From Haliotis cracherodii (taxonomy: Eukaryota): a DNA stretch of 64,000 nt. Location of the stretch: contig NW_027266267.1 in assembly GCF_022045235.1 (NCBI RefSeq), positions 9,796,001-9,860,000 on the forward strand. The letters are read 5' to 3'. The position numbers were made by a program, and so were the translations under genes. Under the pieces are notes generated by a model that saw only the letters and a list, made by a program, of their open reading frames with translations, did not search any database and had not been told where the DNA came from. Below are positions 52,501-64,000 of this stretch, piece by piece; the first letter of the stretch is position 1, and the number at the start of each line of letters is the position of its first letter.

Positions 52501-55500
52501 ATTTTAAACACAATTGTGGAATATTCGATTTCCTTAATGCTCTTTCCAGCTACACTTACGTTGAGCCCGAGGATCAGTCATGGGGAAAGTATGACAATGG
52601 AACATGGGATGGAATCATGGGACTGTTGCTAAACAAGGTAGGGTGTGAGAAATACACTTATGTCCAACAGAAACGATACCTAGTGTTTGAGAGGTTATGG
52701 AAGAAAACCAAAACCAAAAGCATATTGGTATCTGTCATCAAAGCAATCTCTTAACATCATGTGTACACAAATACATTGCAATCAAACTTTAACCTTTAGA
52801 CGGACAGGCCCAGAAAGACGCGTGGAGGTCAACAATGAAAGTCACAGTCATTACACGTGACGAGGCAAGTGCGTATGATGTCAAAATATTCATCATATTG
52901 TCACGTTAATATCGGGTATGGCCACCTTGAGAATAAATCACGCTAGAACAGGCTCAGCATGAGTGAGGATTTGTCACAATGCTGTTGGCTTTAAAGAAGT
53001 TAAACACGTGTTTATGGATAGATGGTGTCAATCACTTGCTTGTCTAGTCCAGACTAGCAGAAATATTGCCGAGTGCAAACGTTAAACAACAAACAATCAA
53101 ATAAAACAAACAACTAATGATGTTATTAACGCAGCAATCAATAAACATGCTTTGTGCAAAGCATAAGACCCTGTGGTCTTATTCATAACAAAGAATGAAC
53201 AACACGTTCTACCCAAAAGTGTAACAATAATAGTTGAATGTGCAAAATAATCCAAAATAAACTTAATCATGCAATTTGGTGTAACACCGGGTAAAAATAT
53301 CAATGAATATAATTTGTTTTACAGTTTCAAACGTACGATAAAGAGATACAATACATGTAGTAAATTTTACAGAAACACATTCGGTTTTGCAAATGTATCC
53401 CCTAGATCTTGCCTGATGCCTAACCAGACTGTCAAATGCACGGGTATCAATGGCATTCTTTGTGTTTTTCAGATACCTGGATATTCCTTTAATTTAGCTT
53501 ACCTAACATTAAATTCACCTTCATGAGCAAAAATAAAATGACACCAGGAACACATGTATCTAGTCATCACACACTGTCCACAGCGAATAGTAAGCATGTC
53601 TGAATGACAAGACAGAACTGAACACGTGACAGTTATATTTTAGTAAAACGGTAAAAACAAGTTTATGTAGCTTTATGAATGAATGTCAGTTATTAGGAAC
53701 TAGAATACCTTGCATAAATGACAACATAACCTAGCCTATCATTCCTAGATAAGGCATCTGAAAGCGCTAGTATTATTTTTTGTGTGTTGATAAACAATGC
53801 ACTCAGCAATATTCCAGCTCCACGACGGCGGTCTGTTTATAATCGAATCTGGACCCGACAATCCAGTGATTGACATCATGCGCACCGATCCCTTGGGATA
53901 CGATGACATGCATCAACCAAGTCAGCGAGCCTGACCACCCGATCACGTTATTCGCCTCTTACGACAACCATGGGTTGAGGAATACCATGTCTATCCCTGA
54001 TCTTCACGGGTGCTAGAATTCTTGGTCACGTATTGGTAAGCTAGCTCAGGCAGTCATGCATCTTTTAAGCAGAATTAGTTATTTAATGTGGCATGAAATC
54101 CGGGAAGTAGCCTTCAACGTGTCTTACAAAGGCTATGCCTTTGAAGCAGATTCATGTCCATCTACAGGTATAAGTGCCATAACAAAACCATTTTTTCATG
54201 TAGTCGATGTACTATGCAAAAGGTCACGCTAAATCAACTCACATAGCATCAATTTATCGTTTACGATAGCTAGTTGCTCATTTTAATCATTTCAGACAGT
54301 GGACATATCGGCAGTGCCCTATGCAGTTTCCCTTCGCAGATCAAACTACGTGACATTTCTGTATCCAATCAGATACACCTACAAAGACATCCTCTACAAA
54401 AAGCCAGACTCCCGCGTCGACTGGGCCGTACTGCTCTCATGTTTCAAATGGCAAGTCAATGTATGTGTACTGGTGACAATTGTTGCAGTGACCACTTCCT
54501 TCCTCGTGTGCAAGAGATGTTCTGCCCATCAACACGGGCGCAGCAAACAGGTTGACCATCAGATGCTAGAGACAATAATGTCGACTATCGGAGTTACGTG
54601 CAAGCAAGGTACCATGCTACTGTTTTGTTATATAAAATCAGTCTTTATTTTGGAGTTCAAACGATAAGACCATTTCAAATAATAATACCCATGATGATAT
54701 TTGTGTGCCGGGTGTTTTTCGGTTGTCAGCAAAGTATGATTTAGAACAGAGAGGCATCTATGTGAAGGTTTATCACAATAAGTGATTGCTGGACAACCTG
54801 ATTCCGATTAGCTGATAATATGAAATACCAAAATGTTTGGCAGTGAAAACATCTGCAAACCATTCAAACAATTGAATTACCAGCACAGATATGTACATTA
54901 ACGATTACAGGGCCGTCTACACCGCCAAACACAGAGTCTAATCGGATCCTCCTCGCATTTTGGTGGCTGTGTTGTATTCCCATCACGGCAGTGTATTCTG
55001 GGAACCTGGTTGCCTTCCTAACTGTGACCAAGGACAATGTACCATTCACGGGTCTAAATGATCTGCTCGACAGTGGCTATGGTATTGGAATTGAAACCGG
55101 ATCATACGTCGCAGAGATCTTCAGTGTAGGTGTTGTATTCTACATTCGATCATATGTATGCGTTGGAGTCTTGCCTAAGTCTTGAATGGTAAAAATGCCT
55201 GTTTACACAGAGGTTCAGACTACTACGTTCTCGTCAATTTGAATTGCTTGGTCCGGAAATACATGCCAGTTTAGAAAGAATACCGGAGTACTCAGATTCT
55301 CAGAATCCACTATACATTACGTTGTGTTGATATTGTTGCTACAGGGCTCATAATGCATATTAATACATGATACTGACACATTAGACGTCATTGACATTTC
55401 ATTGCAGGGGTCGAATGACTCTGTCAACAAACAAATCTGGGAAAAGAACAGGGAGCACCAACCTGACAACCTCACTAATGAAGAGGACATTGTTTACCAC

Positions 55501-56556
55501 AGGATCAGACTAGCTGAAGGGCGGTATGCTTTCATAACGGACAGTGACATTATCAACAGCTACATGGCTGATAAGTGTGACATGGCTCACACAATGGAAC
55601 AAAGGTTTCCTGCCATGTCCTCACTAATTGTGCCAAAACATTCTCCTCTTGCTTTGCTGATGGATCCAGAGTGAGTATACATATGACAATATATGAGACA
55701 AAACCATTTCTGAAGCTATGTTATATCTTTGTCCAGTGTACCATTTCGACCAAATGAGTTTATGAATCACTTTCAAATAGTTATGATACACGAGCATAAT
55801 CAGTCTCGATAGAAGACGTTACACATGGGCATGTGGCTACATGTCAGGATACCAATATCATTCTCGTAAATATATTCGTCCTTAATGAATCGGTTCTTTC
55901 TCAACAAATTTCCTTGAAGTCCCGTGTACCTGAACCATTTAATCAAGCAATTATGACAGGCTGATGACATTAGTGGCGAAAGGAATTATTGACAAGTACT
56001 TTTAAAATCCAACCAGTTCAAAGAACAAAGACCCTTTGAGTACATGGCATGATACTCTTTTGAATATATTCAGTCTGGCCAAGGTGTTCAGTGCCATAAC
56101 ACAGTAGAACCGCGCTGTGTGTTCCGCACGTCCGGACTAGCTTAACTTTACAAACGAGTGAGCTTGACATCATGACACTCACCGTCATGATGCTAGTAGG
56201 GGGAAACGATTAAGTGTCTTTGTGCTTCCAATATGTAAGTTCACAACCTCAACACAAAAGAATAATTTCCTCGAAGTTCATTTCAAAGTGCAGCATTTAA
56301 TATTCATTGTTGCAGGCTGATGTTCCTTGTGGAGCGTGGGATTATTGATAAGTGGTATGAACAGTCCAACCTAGACGAGAAGGTGTGTTCATCAAAGGAG
56401 GAAGAAGATAATGGCCTAAAACTGAGGAATTTGTTCACAGTTTTATTAGTTGCTGGTTGTGGTGTGGGGCTAGCTGCTGTTGTTTTAGTGTTTGAGATAT
56501 GTAAATATAAAAAGGTATCTCACAGGAAACGGGCTCAGGAGGGAAAAGGTCTATGA
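46512..56556 (+). CDS. Ionotropic receptor (IR / variant iGluR), paralog B, 628 aa, 11 coding exons
   Basis: Exons 46512-46557, 48581-48691, 49112-49308, 50278-50445, 50919-51071, 52099-52190, 52550-52637, 54296-54608, 54911-55125, 55408-55670, 56316-56556. Every exon has the same length and phase as in paralog A, with no internal stop. Pore TCKQG, M3 YSGNLVAFLT. Confidence 0.92.
47294..48150 (+). mobile_element. Second Tc1 family, internally deleted, in IR-B intron 1
   Basis: HTH region RLTATERERAVGM...TPRSGRPRTTT and C-terminal GGHI*Y*. Imperfect TIRs TAAACTAATGTCCAAATAAACGATAC / GTATCGTTTCTTTTGTACATTGGTTTTA. Confidence 0.8.
49355..49555 (+). mobile_element. SINE-like retroposon, CGTAAGAGGCGACTAA family
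   Basis: AAGAGGCGACTAACGTGATCGGGTGGTCAGG...GGCGTTAAACACCAAAC. Confidence 0.85.
49780..50121. repeat. Local tandem duplication (~162 bp + ~179 bp) in IR-B intron 3
   Basis: TCTGTTCACAATATATTCCC...GAATTGGTTATATC occurs twice; the first copy lacks ~16 bp. Confidence 0.9.
52654..52930 (-). mobile_element. 3' fragment of the second Tc1 family in IR-B intron 7
   Basis: Reverse-complement similarity to 47887-48150, including the TIR. Confidence 0.75.
53775..54011 (-). mobile_element. SINE-like retroposon, CGTAAGAGGCGACTAA family, full length
   Basis: Flanked by GCTAGTATT / GCTAGAATT (probable target-site duplication); 5' end reads ACCCGTGAAGATC. Confidence 0.88.
55960..56265 (+). pseudogene. Decayed duplicate of the IR terminal exon (pseudo-exon) in paralog B
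   Basis: Acceptor CAG in the correct phase, then LMTLVAKGIIDKYF*. Downstream reads LDIMTLTVMMLV../LSVFVLPICKF, resembling M4. Confidence 0.65.
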
Positions 56557-57539
56557 TCTTAAAGATCATTATTATCCTGGGAGCAAAACAGTAGAACCTG
56601 ACTGTGTGTCCAGCATGTGTAGACTACTTTCCCAACTACAACGAGTCAACGTGTTAAACGATTCAATGTCTTTTCTTTTCCGATATGTAAGTTCCAAAAC
56701 GCCTAGGAATAATCAGTCTCGATTATCTGCCAAAACATTTCCAGTAAGTAAATTACATGAATGGATCACTGAAAAAGGGACCACACAGCAGGTAAGCTAT
56801 GTTTTCTGGATGCACGCGGCACTCACAATTTACTTACATACACTCAAATCCATTGAACACGCACTTGTGAAACGAATAATTGCCAAAAACTTTTTTTAAA
56901 CATGACGATAAACCTTGGAGGGACATGTGCCCCCTTGTGACAGTTCGAGTTCGAACATCAGACCATCTTGAAGCGACGAGCCTAAAAGTGACGACCGCAA
57001 CTGTCAACAGTGCACAGAAACACAACCTCTACTTATCTTCACATGCTGCACGCGAACACGAACTTGCAAAAGGAATACATAGTGAGCCTCTACATGATTT
57101 CCTGGTATGTTGGCATCTTATCATAAACTTATAAATCTTATCTTATTGTATGTGTACCCCTTGCAACTATTATGATTGTTATTCCCATGTGGGTTGATAC
57201 GAATGCATGTAACAGCCCTAAAGAGTTAGGACGCCTAGTTTTCAGGTGGGCTGCATGTAGAAATTCAGAAACCTGTGAATGTACGAAATTATCTGTTGAT
57301 GAGAAGAGCAGATGTGAATATTTTGCGGGGTACAATTAATTAAATGAAGATGATCTCATTTTGGTTTATTTTTTAAACCTATCACATCAAGGTACCGTTG
57401 AACTGTGCTTGTCCTATAGTCCCAATTAGTCGAGATATTACCCTTTTTGATTTGTCAAACATTCGCTTTGGTTTACAATTAAATCTGTGCATAAAGATTC
57501 AGAGTGACAAAAATCTCATATTCATGTCACAAAAAAAAA

Positions 57540-57625
57540 CCGCTTTTACGCCGCTTTCTAGCGATATTCGTGCAACTTCGTGGTGGGGGACAGCAGAAAA
57601 TGGCTTCACACATTGTGACCATGTG
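57540..57625 (-). mobile_element. SINE 3' fragment (family of 1563-1700)
   Basis: TTTTACGCCGCTTTCTAGCGATATTC...GGGGACAGCAGA...CACATTGT is the reverse complement of the SINE body and tail. Confidence 0.6.
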
Positions 57626-58320
57626 ACCAAGTGCGAATGGAAGGCATTTCTACGACATGACTTACGAATTACGTATACCAAGCTGCTTTGTGCGGACAGA
57701 ATTCGGATCGCTTCCTCATTCAAGACATTCAACTGTGACACATTCGGTGTCGGTGACTTCGATGAGTGCAGTGCCTTGTTTTAAAGGGGCCTATCATTTT
57801 TGCTGCTGTCACATAATTCATCCATATTTATGCAAACCTAACCCTGTATATTTGAATACAATGTGTCGATTATACACATCTTGTGTGGTAATTTTGGCAG
57901 ATTTTGCAAGTTAGTTCTGTTTAATTGTTAACCTTTCCGTTTTTTAGGAATCACCACGTACAAAACAGACCTCGAATTAACTTAAAAATGGCAGTATTGA
58001 AGTGCAGATACATTACTGCGAACTATGCACGAAAATATGTGTGTATGTCTAAACAAATGATAACCTGCAACCTGGGGGTATCACGGTACTTGTTATGTAC
58101 GCTAAACGGAACCAAATGCACTCACTAACCTTTAGTTACTACTGGATACTCATTCACCGCGGGTAAGACATAGGCTTACTTTGAACAAAGATGGTGTTGG
58201 TGTTATGTAAACATCCCAACTCCTTGCAATAATTGACGTCAGCTTTACTTTCATCTGTTAAAGGTTTGTGCACAACATATATTTTTGCATGAAAAATGAT
58301 CATACATGCTAGAAGATAAC

Positions 58321-58830
58321 CAATCTCATCAACATCAGATCTAAGTTCTTGCTACCGCTAAACAAAGATCGGAGGACATCCCATTACGGGTCATGTCAGA
58401 CCGACCTTTCGCGAACTTTGACGGACCAATTGAATGACTGACAAGAAGTCGACATTAGCCAACCAGAAGGCAGCTTTCTCGTGCTTACGGCACTAATGTC
58501 AAATTGGTGACAACGCTTCGAAACATATTGTTACAAATTCTCAATTAAAAATTTGAAACCTGAACAAAAGAACATTCTCGAATGGCTAGTAGATGGTCTA
58601 GATTGCATGGATACAGTCGTTAAGCACGTAACTATCGTTCAGAATACCCCGTGTTAAAGTTTTTGGGGTTGCATGATTAGGAATCACATACCGACACTCA
58701 CTTTCATGATCTGGTAAGCAACTCTCTGATTGGTCGTGTGAAAGGTCGTTCTGACGTGACCCCTAATGGGATGTCCTCAGATCTTTGTTTAGTGGAGGCG
58801 AGAACTAAGATCTCTGATTCAATGAGATTA
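58321..58830 (+). mobile_element. Non-autonomous TIR element (~95-bp TIRs) with a RecQ-helicase-like fragment; Academ-like
   Basis: 58321-58415 is the imperfect reverse complement of 58735-58830. An internal frame reads KFSIKNLKPEQKNILEWLVDGLDCM. Confidence 0.7.
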
Positions 58831-59049
58831 GAAAATAACAGAACGCGACACTTAACTGAAATGCACACTTTATACTGCTCTCAAGTTACTCATTCAAATG
58901 GGGTTATATATGTCATATATTTGCTCGGAATCAATACATGAGTACACAGTTTTGATTGTTAACACGATTAGGAAGATAATATTTTATTAATGACACTGAC
59001 TGCGCCACCCTGACTTACTACTTGTTATATTCCATGTGGCAGGCTGGCT

Positions 59050-59340
59050 ATGTTACATTGTGTGGCGCCACTGTGGATCATCAAGTCTTTAGTATTGTTG
59101 ATAATTAAATCCACAGTAACACGTAAGCTCTCCCTTCTCGCCTAAAGTACTTTTTATCAGTTATGGAATGCATCGAGGACAGCATTATAATGGTTGGATG
59201 GCTATTGGCAACTGGGTAGCCCATATGTCCAATGTGTCGCATTGTTTGATTTACAGACTTTGGAAAAGGCTTCTGCAGATGCGGAAAATTAATGACGAGC
59301 CTCGCATAGGTAGAATGAGGTGAACAGCACAAGTCAAAGA
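59050..59340 (-). mobile_element. Highly degenerate LINE RT fragment
   Basis: Minus-strand STYARLVINF and STVAP weakly resemble RT motifs (YVRxLFIDFS, STGAPQG). Confidence 0.3.
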
Positions 59341-60643
59341 CTTTTAAAAGTATTTATAAGTAATACGCATGAGGAAAGGACTGATTAATTAGAAACTAAT
59401 ATTTATCAAATCGAGCCAATCAAATCGTTAGTTCAAGTTACTGAACAGATGATTAGAAATCGTCTGCATGCAACGTATCTGGATGTTCGGCGACCACATG
59501 CTGGACCTCCGTTACCAAATCGACACATTCCAGCCAGACGTCGATGGTGATAAGAGCCTAGGAATGGGGAAATGGCCGATGGCAGTATGTTTATCATATT
59601 ACATTGATGGCTCAACTTGCATACAATCGCCAGCAGCTGAAGAGATGGTGTAAATCCTGCTCAGATATCAGAAGTATTGTATGACCCTACGTTGCCTCGT
59701 TTGGTGGCCTCACTTTGGTTGTAAGCGATCTATAGCCCGCTGTTATATTGTGTTATTAAATACTTATTTGTTTTTTAAACTAGTTTTAAAATCGAAGCTG
59801 TGATAAACTAGTTGTCATACTGTCAATCGATGAGAGTATTTTAGTCAATCTTAATATATTTATTTTAAATGTAAAAGTTCTCGTCACAAAGGGTTTAAAT
59901 ATTGCCAATGTGACGTTAAATTTAACTCACTCACACACTCAATCTGATAAAGATATCAACAGCGACAGACTAAGAGGCATTAGTTAGGTTTTCGAGTTGC
60001 CCTACCCCGGTATTTCCGTTTAGCAAACGGGGCGTAAGCAACGCGAACGTACATTGACGACTGATCAAATAAATCTATGGAATATTGTTTGTGTCATTAG
60101 GTTAAACAGATGTTAAGTTTACCCTGATACCAAACTTCTATATGCATCTAATTTTATTACTGTTTCTTCACGCGTAATATATCGCCTGGGTTTTACATTG
60201 TGTTGTTGTATAATAATCTCATTGTTTATTGACAGGAACATTAAATATATATCAGTGATATGGTTACCTGTTATTTTACTGTCATATGATGACAGGATTT
60301 TAGAAAATTTAAACGCATTGCTTCTTCTGGAAAGAGTTCCTCTGAAATATTGTCATCGTGGAAGCACACACCCACTTGATATGTTTGTAATAGCATGCTT
60401 TAATACTGAAGGCTTTTAATAAATGTATTCAGGTGTATCAAAGTCGTGTGTATTCGTAATTGAAATAACTTCTCACAAGTTCTTGTGCTTATTTTGTTTT
60501 TCACAGTGCGTCATACAAGTACGTCCTTCTTGACGTTCACAAGAAAACGTAATGAATAAGTAATATCAAAGAGGTGGAAAATCTATACAATCTCTTATCT
60601 GAAATAGTGTTTCGATTTTGTATTTCTGAATTTTGTATTTCAT

Positions 60644-60646
<3 letters not shown>

Positions 60647-60717
<71 letters not shown>
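60647..60717. repeat. (TA)n microsatellite
   Basis: ~35 TA units. Confidence 0.98.
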
Positions 60718-60719
<2 letters not shown>

Positions 60720-60964
60720 AAGCAACAGAGTAAACGACTTTTTTATGGAGCATCTCGTGTAAAACTATATTATCTGTCATCTTGAAATAGTAAACGGCAG
60801 TAGAAGTCGTAGAGATTCCCATAGGGTCAGCATTGCCGTGTGACAAGGACGATGGCTCTTGTAGGTGCCGTTTCAGTGATGAAGAGTCAAACCTTTGCCT
60901 TTATTGTGGTAGCAACAATTCATCACGGTAGGTAGTGCGACCACACTGTTTCACTTTCGTTGTA

Positions 60965-61185
60965 GGGAGAGTCCCGGCCGCGTCATACCAAACGATGTTA
61001 AAAGATGGTACTTGTTACCCTGTACTGGTCGCCTCCGAGTCAGTACACTGTCTCTTAGTGGAGTATTCACGTTAAACTGCGGCATGGTATTTCGGTGGCC
61101 GAGCACTCACACAGGTGTATGCACGTCGCTATATAAGTGCATCTTGGACGCTATTTTGAACCCCATTTCACCTCACCTCACCTGC
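60965..61185 (+). mobile_element. Degenerate SINE (related to 24425-24740)
   Basis: Shared core blocks with the 24-kb copy and a (CCTCA)n-like tail. Confidence 0.65.
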
Positions 61186-61393
61186 ATTCGTTGTATTATG
61201 TAGATTTGAACATTGATATAAAGGGGGACGCTACATCTTTATAAAGGAGGACGTTATATCTTAAAATATCCAGGAGTATCTAGAAGGTCAAAAGAATCAA
61301 ACTGGGACTTTCTTCTAGACACGTGTGACCTCAAACGATATTCTGTCGATGTAATAATTATAGAAAGTGATTAATTTATGTTCGTTATTGTAT

Positions 61394-61663
61394 GTTTGTT
61401 TGTTTATTTGTTGTTTTACGCTACACTCAGCAATATTCCAGCTATATGAAGGCGGTCTGTAAATAATCGAGTCTGGACCTGACAATCCAGTGATTGACAT
61501 CAAGAGCATCGGTCCACGCAATTAGGATACGATGACATGCATTAACCGAGTCAGCGAGGCTGGCCACCCGATCCCGTAAGTGGCCTCTTACGGAAAGCAT
61601 AGTCGCCTTTTACGGTAAGCATGGGTTGCTGAAGACCTGTTCTAACCCGGATCTTCACGGGTC
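61394..61663 (-). mobile_element. SINE-like retroposon, CGTAAGAGGCGACTAA family, full length
   Basis: Target-site duplication CGTTATTGTAT (61383-61393) / CGTTATTGAAT (61664-61674). 5' end GACCCGTGAAGATCCGGGTTAG; (AAAC)n tail. Confidence 0.9.
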
Positions 61664-61899
61664 CGTTATTGAATATACACGTCATGATTGGTCGTTGTAG
61701 TAGTGTGATGGACAAAGGAGACTTTACATGTATTGGTAATATGGAAGATAGTGTTATTGATTATATTCTAGGTACTGTAGATATGTTTCATATTTGTTAA
61801 CACTTCAACACAGAGTCTCGTCATGAGTCAAAACAGAGAGATGCTGGAACGAAACATGTCCTCCTCATTCTGGGGAATATTGGGAAAAATGAACTTTAT

Positions 61900-62371
61900 G
61901 AACGTAGGAAGTAATCGTACAGAAAGACACGATTGGCTTGAATACTTACAGAATATTTCAGAGGTACAGATTCTACAGATGTTTCCAATGATATGAAGTG
62001 GGATATGGGATTTGATAGTGAATGTTATTTGGCCACTGATATTTTAGATCTACCTATAAGTAGTGACGAAATTATTGCTGCTGTTTAACGTTGGAAAAAC
62101 AATAGAAGCCCTGATATGTATGGGTTAATATCGGAATTTTTATACTATTCTCTAAAGAGACACTATTTCCCAAAGACTGGATACTCGGTGTTATTGTTTC
62201 TCTTCATAAGATAAAAATCTATTAATGTGGTGAATAATTGCAGAGGTAATACACTGTCAAGTATATTTAGCAATTATCATATTTCTATTATTAATAATAT
62301 TTTGATATTTTGCTCCGATTCTTTGATTTAGAATAAGGCACTCAACTATTGATAATATGTTTATACTTCAG
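61900..62371 (+). mobile_element. Degenerate CR1/L2-type LINE ORF2 fragment (RT N-terminal region)
   Basis: Reads SDEIIAAV..WKNNRSPDMYGLISEF, FPKDWILGVIVSLHK, NNCRGNTLSS and TIDNMFIL, with stops. Confidence 0.75.
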
Positions 62372-64000
62372 CAGAGCTCCAGATTACTTTTTGAGCAATT
62401 GAGCTTTTTACTCTAGGGTTTCTATTTTAATTGGCTTATTACAATTTTCATTGGGTATCCAATATTTTTCACTCATCTATTCTTGACTCTATTGTGGGTT
62501 TTTTTCCCCAAATGAGTCAATATTTTAAGATTTAAAAAAATGAAATAATGCTTGTGTTTTAGAAAAAGGTTAATTTCCACTGTATTTCAGTATACCAAGC
62601 AGACCAGTACCCTGTGCACTAGCAGCATAATTGTTCTGTATTTATGTGGTATTTATATTGCATTGAAAGTTGTAGGTGCTGAGAAGCAATTGGGGGAAAA
62701 TGTTCTGTCTAGCAACTCCAACCACGCCAAATGCATTATTTTAATCAGAAGGTGATTCATCTTATTACCGACTGCTATTGTAGTATATGCTAAAACAAAA
62801 TAAAAACGAAACAAAAGTCCTTGCTTCGTACATTTTCTTCTCAACAATTTGTACACAACAAAAAACTATGCATTCCTCCTCGACATTGCTCTCTGTTCAG
62901 GAGAGGCTCAACAATCCTCACATTCTCCCCGAAGCCAGTTCCCATGTCCCCTTCCACCACACTTTCTTCTCACTCCCGTACATCTCGCCCACATGAGCAA
63001 GGGCATCATCAAATTCAGCATTAGATGTAGCATTTACCGTGAAGGGCTCCAAAACCTTACCAAAGTCACTGAGAATTTCACGGCCGTCTTTCTGAATCTA
63101 ACTTTGATATTTTTGCATAGATTCTTCAAATAGTCTCTCCTCAATCTCTCAATTTTCATCCATTGTGCATCGATAAGACAAGTTTCTCTTCACAATAGTG
63201 GACACTGACTCCATCGTGCTCTTCTCTGGTGATTTTGGATTTGACCTTTGTCAGGGCCTGCCCATCTGTACTCGTGAAATACTCGAGTTTCGGCAATGTG
63301 GCATCAATCAGGGGTTGAAGCTCACTGATCAACAGATTCCTCTTCTGTAACTCACAGTTCAAAACAGCAAGTTCTGAATAAACATCTAACATAAATGCTA
63401 CTGTTAAAAAATCTTATTAGTCACTGAAATACTTTAACAATCATATAGCAGAGGCACACTTTTCTTCAGCAGATTTCGACAATGTTGACAGTACGGATGC
63501 ATAGCATTCATACACTACTATGGAACTGCCGACTTTAAACCTAGCCACCTGATTGAGTGGGCTTCTTTGACAGATAGTTCAGGTTCATCTAAAAATTTAT
63601 GTAGCTGTTTCAGTGTGATTGTTCTGTTGCTAGAATCGTTTATGAAAAAATACAAACAATTCAATTTATCTCTGAATTTGAGCAGGTAGTCAATCTTCTT
63701 GATGGCATCAACACATGCCAAGTTGAGTCTGTGAATAACACAACGAGTTTGAATACAAAAGGGGGAACATTGTGCTTGCATCTGTTTTCCAACACCTGTT
63801 TTTTCCCAATCATCACTGCAGCACCATCTGTTGCAAGTGAAGTACGTTTGGACAAGTTAAGTCCTAACTTTGCCAACTCTGACACAAAACCATTTGTCAC
63901 TGTATGTGCACAACCATTATTAAGGTGTGTATTGAATAAAAAAGTTGTAACGGTTTCCCCTTGTTTCACGTATCTGACACAAACTGACAGCCTTTTGTCC
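62372..64000 (-). mobile_element. hAT transposon (ZNF862-like transposase pseudogene), runs off the window end
   Basis: Minus-strand fragments SLATDGAAVMIG, CVIHRLNLAC, SIRWLG and LDVYSELAVLNCELQK, with frameshifts. Likely terminus CAGAGCTCCAGAT at 62372. Confidence 0.85.

Noticed and set aside
27559-56556. Assigning a gene symbol (GRIA/GRIK/GRID/IR25a) to the receptors
   Set aside because: The N-terminus is short and the ligand and pore motifs are divergent; orthology needs a phylogeny.
27559-56556. IR pair as an assembly duplication of two alleles
   Set aside because: The introns are substantially diverged and contain different transposon insertions.
60574-60846. ORFs with YIYIYI runs
   Set aside because: Translation of the (TA)n microsatellite.

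Overview
AT-rich, intron-rich animal genomic DNA. It is not prokaryotic, and the repeat families suggest a mollusc such as abalone (inference only). Three spliced protein-coding genes can be reconstructed by hand, all on the + strand. (1) 4386-20993: a ~17-exon type I membrane receptor (~537 aa) with a signal peptide, two V-like Ig domains, a mucin-like Ser/Thr stalk built from phase-1 mini-exons (two of them recently duplicated in a 1313-bp tandem block), one TM helix and a Tyr-rich tail with two MVDNxxY motifs. (2) 27559-37932 and (3) 46512-56556: two tandem, intact 11-exon, 628-aa ionotropic receptor (IR / variant iGluR) paralogs with identical exon sizes. The IR pair differs at the pore Q/R/N site (Asn vs Lys) and around the ligand-binding residues, and both carry a decayed duplicate of the terminal exon. 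The rest is repeats: a 62-bp satellite with a 26-mer higher-order repeat, 80/21/29/72-bp tandem arrays, several SINE families, two Tc1 families, an Academ-like element, LINE, Gypsy-gag and hAT remnants. All gene models are manual splice predictions and need RNA-seq confirmation.
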